From positions 58,682 through 122,681 of the forward strand of contig CAWDPO010000036.1 of assembly GCA_963804165.1 (NCBI GenBank): a DNA stretch of 64,000 nt, read 5' to 3'. Below the pieces are notes generated by a model, which searched no databases, had not been told where the DNA came from, and saw nothing but the letters and a program-made list of their open reading frames with translations. The DNA is from an uncultured delta proteobacterium (lineage in GTDB: Bacteria > Desulfobacterota > Binatia > UBA9968). Position 1 is the stretch's first letter. Each line of letters begins with the position of its first letter. The position numbers and the translations under genes were made by a program. Positions 1 through 8,364 of the stretch are shown here, in pieces.

Positions 1-1555
1 CGCTGATGCCGTAGTGGCTGGCGCCGGCTTTAAAAGCATCGCGGAACGTGAGCGCGCAGAGTGTCGTGTAGCCGCCGGCGCTGCCGCCGCGGATGGCGAG
101 ACGCTTGCCGTCGACTTCGCCGCGTTCGGCAAGATGGCTCGCGCCGTTGACGCAGTCGTCGACGTCGACGATGCCCCATTGGCGGTTGAGTCGTTCTCGG
201 TAGGCGCGCCCGTAGCCTGAGCTGCCGCCGTAATTCACGTCGAGAACGGCGATGCCCCGGCTCGTCCAGTATTGAATCGAATATTTGAGCGACGCCGAAC
301 TCGACGATGTCGGTCCGCCGTGACTCATGACTAAAAGCGGCGGGTTTTCGCCTTCCGGCGCTGTATAATCTCGATTCTGCGGGGGATAGAAATTGCCATG
401 CGCGGTAAGGCCGCGCTCAGTGGGAAACTCAACGGCTCGCGGAGAGGAAATATATCCGGCGTCAACGTTTGCTTCCCGCGACCGGCGCAGGACTTCAAGA
501 CGTTTCACCGTCAAATCCAATGAGACAATGGAAGTCGTATCGGTCGAAGATGCGCCGATGAACAGCACGCGATCACCAGCAGATTGAACTTGGGAGATCG
601 TGGTGAACGGGACTTCGAGGGTCCCCAACGTTCCTGTCGCGGTCTCCAACGTGGCAAGGTAATCACTGCCGTCCTTGGTATAGCTACAGACAATTTGGTG
701 TTTGGATACAAAGCTAAAAAGGCTCGTGCCGAAGACCCACTGAGGTTGGCCGAACTCGGCATCCAACGGGAAAAGCGGTTCGACTTTGGATTCTTTCAAC
801 CGATAGAGATTCCACCAGCCGGTGCGGTCGGACACGAAATAGAGAACTCCGTCTGGCGACCATTCAGGCTGGAAAATCGATTCGTCGATGCCGCCTGCGA
901 TACATTTTTTCTCAGTCACCGAGCCGTCGTCGTCGAGCTTGCCGACCCAAAGCTCCGTGCCGTTCCACGGCATGTTCGGATGATTCCAGGTGAGCCACGC
1001 CAGTCGAGAGCTGTCGCGACTCAGACGCGGCGATGAATAAAAATCATTTCCAAAGACGACGATTTTGCCAGCGTCGTCGCCGTTTAGATCGACACACGCG
1101 ACTGTATTGACAGCTTCGCCTGGCCCGGAATGATCCTCGCGCACGCAGTAAAGGAAATTTCTGCGCCCGTCGATTTGACCGTCGGCGTAGCGCATCGCGG
1201 ATTGTGTGGTTAACTGCCTTGGTTCAGAGCCGAGTTCTTGGAGATAGAGGCGCTGATCGGTGAAATTGGAAAAAACAATTGTTCCATTGGAAACCGCGTA
1301 ATCGCCTCCGCCATACTCGTGCACTCGCGTACGCGCATTGAATCCTGCCGGCGTGACATCCGCCACACTGCCCTCTTTTGAGCGTCGGACGATGACTTTT
1401 CTGCCGCCTTCCTGTGCGCGCCGTTCGATCCAATAGATGTCGTCGCCGTCGAATCGGACTTGTTCCAATCCGAGCTCGCCGCCGGCGACCAGATCTGCCG
1501 TAATGGGTGACTTCCAGGAGCCGTATGGGGATACACTCGACACCATCGCTCTCAT
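1..1555 (-). CDS. S9 family peptidase (dipeptidyl aminopeptidase/acylaminoacyl peptidase), runs off the window start
   Basis: Not in the ORF track because it has no stop in the window. Manual translation gives [19 protein letters not shown]...SHGGPT...[13 protein letters not shown]...GGSAGGYT (nucleophile GxSxGG), with start and end in the same frame. Confidence 0.9.
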   Translation of the reverse strand, partial: MRAMVSSVSPYGSWKSPITADLVAGGELGLEQVRFDGDDIYWIERRAQEGGRKVIVRRSKEGSVADVTPAGFNARTRVHEYGGGDYAVSNGTIVFSNFTDQRLYLQELGSEPRQLTTQSAMRYADGQIDGRRNFLYCVREDHSGPGEAVNTVACVDLNGDDAGKIVVFGNDFYSSPRLSRDSSRLAWLTWNHPNMPWNGTELWVGKLDDDGSVTEKKCIAGGIDESIFQPEWSPDGVLYFVSDRTGWWNLYRLKESKVEPLFPLDAEFGQPQWVFGTSLFSFVSKHQIVCSYTKDGSDYLATLETATGTLGTLEVPFTTISQVQSAGDRVLFIGASSTDTTSIVSLDLTVKRLEVLRRSREANVDAGYISSPRAVEFPTERGLTAHGNFYPPQNRDYTAPEGENPPLLVMSHGGPTSSSSASLKYSIQYWTSRGIAVLDVNYGGSSGYGRAYRERLNRQWGIVDVDDCVNGASHLAERGEVDGKRLAIRGGSAGGYTTLCALTFRDAFKAGASHYGIS

Positions 1556-1565
1556 GACAGGGCAA

Positions 1566-2690
1566 CTAGATTCGCAGCAGTTTCCGCGCGTTACCGTGTA
1601 GCATTGCTTCGCGCTCGCTGTCAGTGCAGTTCATCGTTTTAATCTTTTCCGCGGCCATCCAGTCGCCAAGATCAAAGGGATAGTCGGTGCCGACCATGAC
1701 GTGCTCCGCGCCGACCATACGCTTCAAATATTCGACGGTCTCGACGCGGTAGACGAGGTTATCGAAATAAAGGTTCTTTAAATATTTGCTTGGTGGTTCT
1801 TTGGCCGGCATTCGCGAAGCGCCGCTGCCGCTACGGAAACCGCTATCAAATCGACCGAGGTGATAAGGAAAGAAGCCGCCGCCGTGGAGCAGGGCAAGTT
1901 TCAAATTGGGAAAGCGGTCGAATACTCCGCTGTAAATCATATAACCGACAGAGAGCGTGGTATCGGCAGGATTGCCGCAAACGGTGCGCAGCCCATACGC
2001 GCCTATTTTGTCGCTGCCGAGCACCCACTCCGGATGCATGATCATGAGCACATCGAGTTCCTGAGCCTTGGCCCAGAAGGGATCGAATTCTTTGTCGTCG
2101 TAATATTTGCCGACGACGTTAGACGCGATAGTTACGCCGGACATCTTAAGATCGCGAATCGCGTGCTCCAACACACGTGCGGCGCGCGGCGGATCTTGCA
2201 GAGGGACGGTGGCGATGCCGACAAAGCGGTCGGGATGCCCCTTCGCCAGACTCATGATCGCTTCGTTGTAGAGCTTCGACCAGGTTTCACCGCGGGTCCC
2301 GTCGAGTTCGTACCCGACACAGGCGGTATGCACTTCGACGGTCGCAATCCCAATATTGCCTTTGGTCATAACCTCAAGACGATTATTGATTTCCGTCATG
2401 CGCGGATCCGGTCTCAAGCGGTTGCCCTTGGGAAATTGAATTTGAAACGGATTATCTTTGGCGTCTTTTGGCGGAAAATATTCGACGCCGAGTGCCTTGC
2501 CGTTGGTTTTGACTGCTTCGATCAGCTCCAGCGGAATGTAATGATGGTGAATGTCGATCGCGGAAGACATACTGCGACTCGTCATCGACGTGGTCGCGCA
2601 TCCGGCCAATAAGCCGGACGAGGCAACTGCGGTCTTCGCTGTAAGTTTTAGAAAATCGCGTCGCGTTAGACCTGAAATCTCCTTGTTCAT
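1566..2690 (-). CDS. Amidohydrolase_2 family (ACMSD-like) protein with Tat signal and lipobox
   Basis: IDIHHH metal motif, HGGGFFPY, GTDYPFD; N-terminus TRRDFLK...LLAGC. Confidence 0.85.
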   Translation of the reverse strand: MNKEISGLTRRDFLKLTAKTAVASSGLLAGCATTSMTSRSMSSAIDIHHHYIPLELIEAVKTNGKALGVEYFPPKDAKDNPFQIQFPKGNRLRPDPRMTEINNRLEVMTKGNIGIATVEVHTACVGYELDGTRGETWSKLYNEAIMSLAKGHPDRFVGIATVPLQDPPRAARVLEHAIRDLKMSGVTIASNVVGKYYDDKEFDPFWAKAQELDVLMIMHPEWVLGSDKIGAYGLRTVCGNPADTTLSVGYMIYSGVFDRFPNLKLALLHGGGFFPYHLGRFDSGFRSGSGASRMPAKEPPSKYLKNLYFDNLVYRVETVEYLKRMVGAEHVMVGTDYPFDLGDWMAAEKIKTMNCTDSEREAMLHGNARKLLRI

Positions 2691-2708
2691 CGCTTGCCTC
2701 CTATTGGA

Positions 2709-2733
2709 GGACGGGTTACAAGCCCGCCCCTAC
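2709..2733 (-). repeat. GTAG-type REP-like palindrome overlapping the stop codon of the upstream hydrolase
   Basis: Minus strand GTAGGGGCGGGCTTGTAACCCGTCC: GTAG followed by a short hairpin. Confidence 0.7.
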
Positions 2734-3536
2734 GATAGAATAAAGTTTCTAATCGCCTCATGCGCGGCAGTCGGATTCGTCGCTAAATAGTGATGACCCT
2801 CGCCTTTCAGTACGACGAGCTTGGCGTCGGGAATTTCGCGCGCCAGCTGTTGCGCTGCATCCCAGTGCGTCCGATCCGCGGCCCCGTGGCGCTCGTCGTC
2901 GCCGACGAGGACGAGCGTTGGTACGCGGATTTCCTTCAAACGATCGGTGTGGTCGTGTTCCTGACGCGCTAAGACGAAGTACAGATAGTTTTCCAGCGGC
3001 GCGATCCCGGACATTCTGACTTGGAGAAATTTTTCGATCAGCTCCGGATGCGCCGCCACGAACTCTTTTGTCCAACCGGTCTCGATGGTGTGCTCGCGAA
3101 TGTAACCTTCAAAGCCTTGGCGCGTCATGTCGCGGCACATCGCGAGCGGAATGCCGTGGGCGCCTGGATGCGAGGTGCCGCTCGAAGCCAGAATGAGCTT
3201 CTTGACCCTCTTGGGATATTCGATCGTTAACAGTTGCGCGACGACTCCGCCCATCGAGTGTCCACAGACGATGGCTTGCTCGACATCCAAATAATCCAGC
3301 AGCGCCGCGGCGTCATCGGTGAACATCTTGATCGAATATTTCTGGATCGTTTTGCTCGACTTGCCGGTGCCACGGTAGTCGAAGACGATGACTTCATGGT
3401 CGCGGGAGAAGTTTGGGATCTGATGAAACTTCCACGCCTGATGGTCGAGGCCGGTCACGCTGCAGAACAAGAGCGGCGGTCCATCACCGTGAACTTCGTA
3501 GTAGATCTCGGTATCTTTGAGATTCAAATGAGGCAT
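2730..3536 (-). CDS. Alpha/beta hydrolase (3-oxoadipate enol-lactonase-like)
   Basis: DYRGTGKS, GHSMGG nucleophile, C-terminal GHH. Confidence 0.85.
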   Translation of the reverse strand: MPHLNLKDTEIYYEVHGDGPPLLFCSVTGLDHQAWKFHQIPNFSRDHEVIVFDYRGTGKSSKTIQKYSIKMFTDDAAALLDYLDVEQAIVCGHSMGGVVAQLLTIEYPKRVKKLILASSGTSHPGAHGIPLAMCRDMTRQGFEGYIREHTIETGWTKEFVAAHPELIEKFLQVRMSGIAPLENYLYFVLARQEHDHTDRLKEIRVPTLVLVGDDERHGAADRTHWDAAQQLAREIPDAKLVVLKGEGHHYLATNPTAAHEAIRNFILS

Positions 3537-3545
3537 GGTCTTATC

Positions 3546-3568
3546 AGGGCAGCATGCTGCGCCCCTAC
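3546..3568 (-). repeat. GTAG-type REP-like palindrome
   Basis: Minus strand GTAGGGGCGCAGCATGCTGCCCT. Confidence 0.65.
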
Positions 3569-3572
3569 CTCC

Positions 3573-4616
3573 TTACTTAAGACTTGCGCCGTAGGTGGCG
3601 TACAATTTGTCGATAAAGCCGCTGTCTTCGAGTTTGCGCATGAGCCGGTTGTCGATGACGTCCTCGGGTTTGACTTCGCCGACCTTTGGATTGCGCGATT
3701 TTAAAAGCCGCTGGGCGTTGCGCAGCCCTTCGAGGGACGCGAAGGGTTTTCTATCGACGCCGCGCACGAGATCCAAGTACGCGTCCTCGGCGCCCAATGC
3801 GTCGACCTTGAGCCAGCGCGCGAGGGTTTTAATGACCACCGGTTTGTTCTTCGGCGCAAGGGAAAAGACCAACGCCTCGATCTCGCCTTTGAGATAGGCC
3901 TCGGCGACATCGGGACGTTGCTGCAACATCGCGTTCGGCACCACCATCGATTGTCCGATCAATAAGGATTTGAGATCGGTGTACTCGCCGAGCACGGTCA
4001 TGCCTTTTTGTTTGAGCTGTTTGGTAAAGACGCCATCGACGGCTGCCGCGTCGCACAGGCCGTTCTCGACACATTGGACCTGCACGGCTTGATCGCCGAT
4101 GACCTGGAAGCGGATGTTGTCGCGCTGCTGGTCCAGGCCGAGGTGTTCGAGCCAGAGCAACACGCCCATCCAACTGGTGCCACCGATGCTGGTCACTGCG
4201 AAAGTCTTGCCGCGCAGTTCTTCGGCACGCTTGATGTTGGGCCGCACGACGAGATCGTAGGTGTTGCGCGTGTTGAAGGCGGCGAGAACTTTAAAATCAT
4301 GGCCGGCGGCAACCGCCGCGAGCATGGCGCTGCCGCCGGTGCGACCAATGTGAATGCTGCCCGCGGCCAGTCCGGCGACCAATGTCGGCGCGCCGCGGAT
4401 GAAAATCGGCTCGACGTCGATGCCGTACTTGATAAAAAAGCCCTGCTCTTGGGCGAGCCAGAGCGGCACGATCCGGGCGGTGAAGGTGGCGTATCCGACG
4501 GCATATTTTGCCGGCGCCGCGGCGGCGAAGGCGTCAATTGCATTTACAATAAGCGTCAACGAACAAAAGACAATCTTGAGAGCGAGAAGAACACGAGAGC
4601 GATTCATAGAACTCAT
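3573..4616 (-). CDS. NitT/TauT (SsuA/THI5-like) ABC substrate-binding protein
   Basis: Signal peptide, PLWLAQEQGFFIKYGIDVE, LRGKTFAVTSIGG, C-terminal LEDSGFIDKLY. Confidence 0.88.
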   Translation of the reverse strand: MSSMNRSRVLLALKIVFCSLTLIVNAIDAFAAAAPAKYAVGYATFTARIVPLWLAQEQGFFIKYGIDVEPIFIRGAPTLVAGLAAGSIHIGRTGGSAMLAAVAAGHDFKVLAAFNTRNTYDLVVRPNIKRAEELRGKTFAVTSIGGTSWMGVLLWLEHLGLDQQRDNIRFQVIGDQAVQVQCVENGLCDAAAVDGVFTKQLKQKGMTVLGEYTDLKSLLIGQSMVVPNAMLQQRPDVAEAYLKGEIEALVFSLAPKNKPVVIKTLARWLKVDALGAEDAYLDLVRGVDRKPFASLEGLRNAQRLLKSRNPKVGEVKPEDVIDNRLMRKLEDSGFIDKLYATYGASLK

Positions 4617-4671
4617 TCCTTTTGTGATCAGGTATCAGTGCCGAGCCAACTGCACAAGGAAAAAAATTAAG

Positions 4672-5691
4672 CTAGGGCTTCGAACTTATCCCTTGCGCGG
4701 CGTAGGCCTTGTCGATGAAGCCGCTTTCATCGAGCCGGCGAATGATGCGGTTGTCGATGACGTTTTCAATTTTGACTTCGCCGACTTTCGGACTTCTTAG
4801 TGCCATCAGACGCTGCACGTTGCGCAGTCCTTCGGGAGACGGATAGGGTTTGCGGTCCATGGCGCGATGGAGATCGGCATAGCCTTCTTCCGCAGCGGCA
4901 GCGTCGACTCTGAGCCGGCGCATGAACGTTCTGATCACGGTCGGCTTGTTTTTTGGCGCAAGCGAGAAGGCGATCGCCTCGATTTGAGCTTTCAACAAAT
5001 TTTCCACCATATTGGCGCGCTGCTGCAAGAATTTGCCTTGCACGACGATCGCCTGGCTGGTGAACAGATGCTTCAATTCGGAATACTCGCCCGCAATGTT
5101 GAAGCCTTTCTGTTTCAGACGGCGGCTAAATACGCCGTCGAGCACGGCAGCGTCGATGGTGCCGTTTTCCAGTGCTTGCATCTGAATACTTTGATCGCCG
5201 ATGACTTGGAGCTGGATCTTGTCGCGCTGCTCATCGAGACCGAAATGCTCGAGCCAAAGCATGATGCCCATCCAAACCGTGCCGCCGATGCTGGTGACGC
5301 CGAAGCGTTTGCCGCGCAACTCTTCGGCCTTCTTGATGGAAGGCCGGGTGACGAGGTCGTAGGTGTTGCGGCTGGAAAACGCCGCCACCATTTTCAAGTC
5401 ATGCCCCGCTGCAATGGCCGCCAAGGTGGCGGTGCCGCCGGTGCTACCGAAGTGAATATCGCCGGAAGTCAGGCCGGCAACCAAAGTGGGCGCACCGCGG
5501 ATGAAAACTTGCTCGGAATCGATACCGTGCTTGGCCAGAATGCCTTGCTCCTCGGCGATCCAGAGCGGCACGACCCGCGCGCTCATAGCAGCATAGCCGA
5601 TGATCACCTTTGGCGGCGCGGCGGCTGCCTGGGCGTAGCCGGTAAACCAGAAGTACAAAGCCGCGAACAGAGCGACCAGCGAATAGCACAT
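4672..5691 (-). CDS. NitT/TauT ABC substrate-binding protein, tandem paralog of 3573-4616
   Basis: Start reassigned to MCYSLVAL; shares FIRGAPTLVAGL, RNTYDLV, GVTSIGG and QVIGDQ with its neighbour. Confidence 0.88.
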   Translation of the reverse strand: MCYSLVALFAALYFWFTGYAQAAAAPPKVIIGYAAMSARVVPLWIAEEQGILAKHGIDSEQVFIRGAPTLVAGLTSGDIHFGSTGGTATLAAIAAGHDLKMVAAFSSRNTYDLVTRPSIKKAEELRGKRFGVTSIGGTVWMGIMLWLEHFGLDEQRDKIQLQVIGDQSIQMQALENGTIDAAVLDGVFSRRLKQKGFNIAGEYSELKHLFTSQAIVVQGKFLQQRANMVENLLKAQIEAIAFSLAPKNKPTVIRTFMRRLRVDAAAAEEGYADLHRAMDRKPYPSPEGLRNVQRLMALRSPKVGEVKIENVIDNRIIRRLDESGFIDKAYAAQGISSKP

Positions 5692-5720
5692 GGTGAACCT
5701 CAGGTTGATTCCGGGATTCT

Positions 5721-6557
5721 CTAATCGGTAAACTGACCGAGCCATTGGTCGATGATCGCAACGATCTCGGGCATGTGGCGGTTGTAAAAGTGATTGGCGC
5801 CTTCGACGAGCATGCAAGTGCCCTTCGCGCCGGCGCCAGCGACGATCTCTTGAGCGTATTCATAAAAAAACTTGGGTTCTGCGCCGCCGACGATGGCGAG
5901 CAGCGGGCAGCCGAGGTGCTTGGCGTAAGGACGGCAATCGTTATTATCGTCTCTGCCATACTTGTTCACGTGTGCGCGCGCGGTGAAAATGCCCGGCGTC
6001 GAGCCGACGCCGATGGACAAGAGCTCTTCGCCTTTGCCTTCGGCAACCATCGCTTCCGCTTTTTCGATCACTTCGCGAAATCCTGCTTGGCGCGCGATTC
6101 GTTCGGAATAAAACTGGCGTGGCGCCGAGCAGGAAACGACGCCGACCACGTCGGCGCGCCGGCGCGTGCCTTGGTAAATGATCGACTTGATGGCGCCGAG
6201 GCTGTGGCCGATTAGAATAAAGCGGCGGTAACCGCGCTCTGTGAGAAAGTCCAGTGCGCCATCGAGATCGGGCAAACAATCTTCAAGATTTTCATAAGCG
6301 GAGCCGCCGAACTTCGCCAGATTGCCGGCGCGGGAGATCCAGTCATGACCGCGGGTGTTGATCACGAAGCTGTGAAAGCCGCGCTGCGCGAGTTCCTGAC
6401 CGAAGACAACCAGCGGTGGCAGATAAAAGTTCATTGCTACGCCGTGAACAAACAAGAGCGCAAGATCGTTGCGCCGGTTCTGCGGCGTGAAGAGTAAGCC
6501 ATGCAGCCGTTCATTGTCGGAGGTTTTGAAACTACAGAGTTGCGTTTCAATGTTCAT
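5721..6557 (-). CDS. Alpha/beta hydrolase (DUF1749-like)
   Basis: FVHG, NTRGHD, GHSLGA, GANHFY. Confidence 0.8.
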   Translation of the reverse strand: MNIETQLCSFKTSDNERLHGLLFTPQNRRNDLALLFVHGVAMNFYLPPLVVFGQELAQRGFHSFVINTRGHDWISRAGNLAKFGGSAYENLEDCLPDLDGALDFLTERGYRRFILIGHSLGAIKSIIYQGTRRRADVVGVVSCSAPRQFYSERIARQAGFREVIEKAEAMVAEGKGEELLSIGVGSTPGIFTARAHVNKYGRDDNNDCRPYAKHLGCPLLAIVGGAEPKFFYEYAQEIVAGAGAKGTCMLVEGANHFYNRHMPEIVAIIDQWLGQFTD

Positions 6558-6574
6558 GAATGATTCAGCGCGAG

Positions 6575-7609
6575 CTATTTCAGTCCGTATTCGGCGTGCA
6601 GCCGTTCGAAGAAGCCGCTGTCGTCGAGTTTTTTGACTATACTAGAGTCAACCAGATTATCCACTTTGACGTCGCCGATTTTTGGGTTTTGAGTTTTCAT
6701 GATCCGTTGCAACGTGCGTAGGCCGTCGATGGGAACGTATGGCTTGCGATTGCCTTCCGCGCGCAGGAGCGCGACGACGTCTTGATACGCTGCTTCGCCG
6801 GCGACCGGATCGGTGAGCTTAAACTGACGCATGATCGTTTCCATCACGGCGGGCTTGTATTTAGAATGAGCGGTGAACATCGTTCCCTCGATGATCGCCT
6901 TGATCGCATCCGGGAGGGAGTCCGCGTTTTGTTGCAGATAGGCTTTATCGACGACCAAGGTCATGCCCACCGACGGCAGTCGCACTTGATCGCAGCGGCC
7001 GAGTATCACGAAACCTTTTTCTGCAAGCCGGCGGCTTAAGAAACTCGGAACAACGGTGGCGTCAACTCGCCCGGTTTCCAGCGCCTGGCTGAGCACCGTG
7101 ACGTCGCCCATAACGATCATCTGAATGTTGTCGCGTTTTTCGTCCATGCCGAAATGTTCCAGCCACACCGTGGCGGTTTTCCAAACGCCCCCGCCGATAC
7201 TCTGAATGCCGAAGCGCTTGCCGGCGAGTTCCTTGGCGCTCCTGATTCCCGGGCGGACCACCAGATCGAGATTTTCCCGGCTACTCAAACTCGCAAGGAT
7301 TTTTAGATCTTTGCCGCCCACGGCCGCCGCCAGGGCAGTGGTTGCGCCGCCGTAGGCGATCTGGGTGTCGCCGGATGCGAGCGTAGCGATCTGCGCGGGA
7401 TTGCCGCGCACCCAAACCACTTTCGATTTGATGCCATACTTGCCGAACAAGTTTTCCCGCTGTGCGACCCAAAGCGGGATTGCGGTCGTGCTCATGCTGC
7501 TGTGGGTGACGATGATCTCGCTGGAAGCGGCGAGGGAAAGGCCACAGGCGGCGAAAAGGAAGACCCAAACTAGGGTGAATTTGATCATAGTTCGAGCGCG
7601 CATCGCCAT
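6575..7609 (-). CDS. NitT/TauT ABC substrate-binding protein
   Basis: Signal peptide, PLWVAQRENLFGKYGI, LAGKRFGIQSIGGG, LDDSGFFERL. Confidence 0.88.
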   Translation of the reverse strand: MAMRARTMIKFTLVWVFLFAACGLSLAASSEIIVTHSSMSTTAIPLWVAQRENLFGKYGIKSKVVWVRGNPAQIATLASGDTQIAYGGATTALAAAVGGKDLKILASLSSRENLDLVVRPGIRSAKELAGKRFGIQSIGGGVWKTATVWLEHFGMDEKRDNIQMIVMGDVTVLSQALETGRVDATVVPSFLSRRLAEKGFVILGRCDQVRLPSVGMTLVVDKAYLQQNADSLPDAIKAIIEGTMFTAHSKYKPAVMETIMRQFKLTDPVAGEAAYQDVVALLRAEGNRKPYVPIDGLRTLQRIMKTQNPKIGDVKVDNLVDSSIVKKLDDSGFFERLHAEYGLK

Positions 7610-7767
7610 GATTTCAACCTCCGAATCATGCCAAACAATGCTTAGGATTGCGGGTAATTTCCCGGACTATATCTGCAACGCTTTCGCTCGCGCAACCGGA
7701 CAAGTCAGTTTCGGTAAGTGCTTACAAAGGGCGTTAAAAATCTAGGGAAATTGGGCAGCCAGGGTTC

Positions 7768-7796
7768 TTGACATACCTGATCATTTTACTTAGGAT
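7768..7796 (+). promoter_or_regulatory. Sigma70 promoter with an overlapping Rrf2-type operator
   Basis: TTGACA-17nt-TAGGAT; the spacer holds imperfect palindrome CCTGA-TCATTTTAC-TTAGG, directly upstream of the Rrf2 gene. Confidence 0.7.
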
Positions 7797-7825
7797 CTCT
7801 CAATAATTGATGCAGGCAGGACCGG

Positions 7826-8260
7826 GTGAAGGTAAGTTCAAAAGGTCATTATGGGTTGCTTGCGCTGGCGGAGCTGGCCGACAACTACAAGCTTCGCCGC
7901 GCGGTTCAGGTGAAAGAGATCGCCAATAACCAACAAATCCCTTTGCAATACCTTGGTCAAATCATGGTCTTGCTGAGACGTGGTCATTTGGTTCACGCGG
8001 TCAGGGGGCCTTCGGGAGGGTATACTCTCGCTCGTCCTCCTGAGAGCATCACGGTGAAGGAGATTATCTCTCTTTTGGAAGGTCCCGCTGTGGATCTCGA
8101 ACTACAAGCGCAAATGCACGGCCGCTCGGCGTCCAAAGTAACGCAGCGGCTTTTCGAAACTTGGGCGCGCGGTGTGCGCGCGATGGAAACAGTGTTGGAA
8201 GAAACCACGCTCGCGGATCTTTGTAAACCGGAAGTGAGCGCGTTGATGTACTACATTTAA
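7826..8260 (+). CDS. Rrf2 family transcriptional regulator (CymR-like, lacks the IscR 3-Cys motif)
   Basis: MKVSSKGHYGL, YLGQIM, VRGPSGGYTLARPPESIT, C-terminal LMYYI. Confidence 0.9.
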   Translation: MKVSSKGHYGLLALAELADNYKLRRAVQVKEIANNQQIPLQYLGQIMVLLRRGHLVHAVRGPSGGYTLARPPESITVKEIISLLEGPAVDLELQAQMHGRSASKVTQRLFETWARGVRAMETVLEETTLADLCKPEVSALMYYI

Positions 8261-8364
8261 TAAGTAGATTTCACGCGCCGCTGAGCGAAATTTTTTTAAG
8301 GTTATTTCTGACAAAGTGTATCAACTAACTTGAATTCACGAAACGAACTGCCGAGGAGGTTTTT

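Noticed and set aside
1860-5724. Long plus-strand ORFs antisense to real genes (similar cases throughout the window)
   Set aside because: Shadow ORFs expected in GC-rich coding DNA; no recognisable motifs
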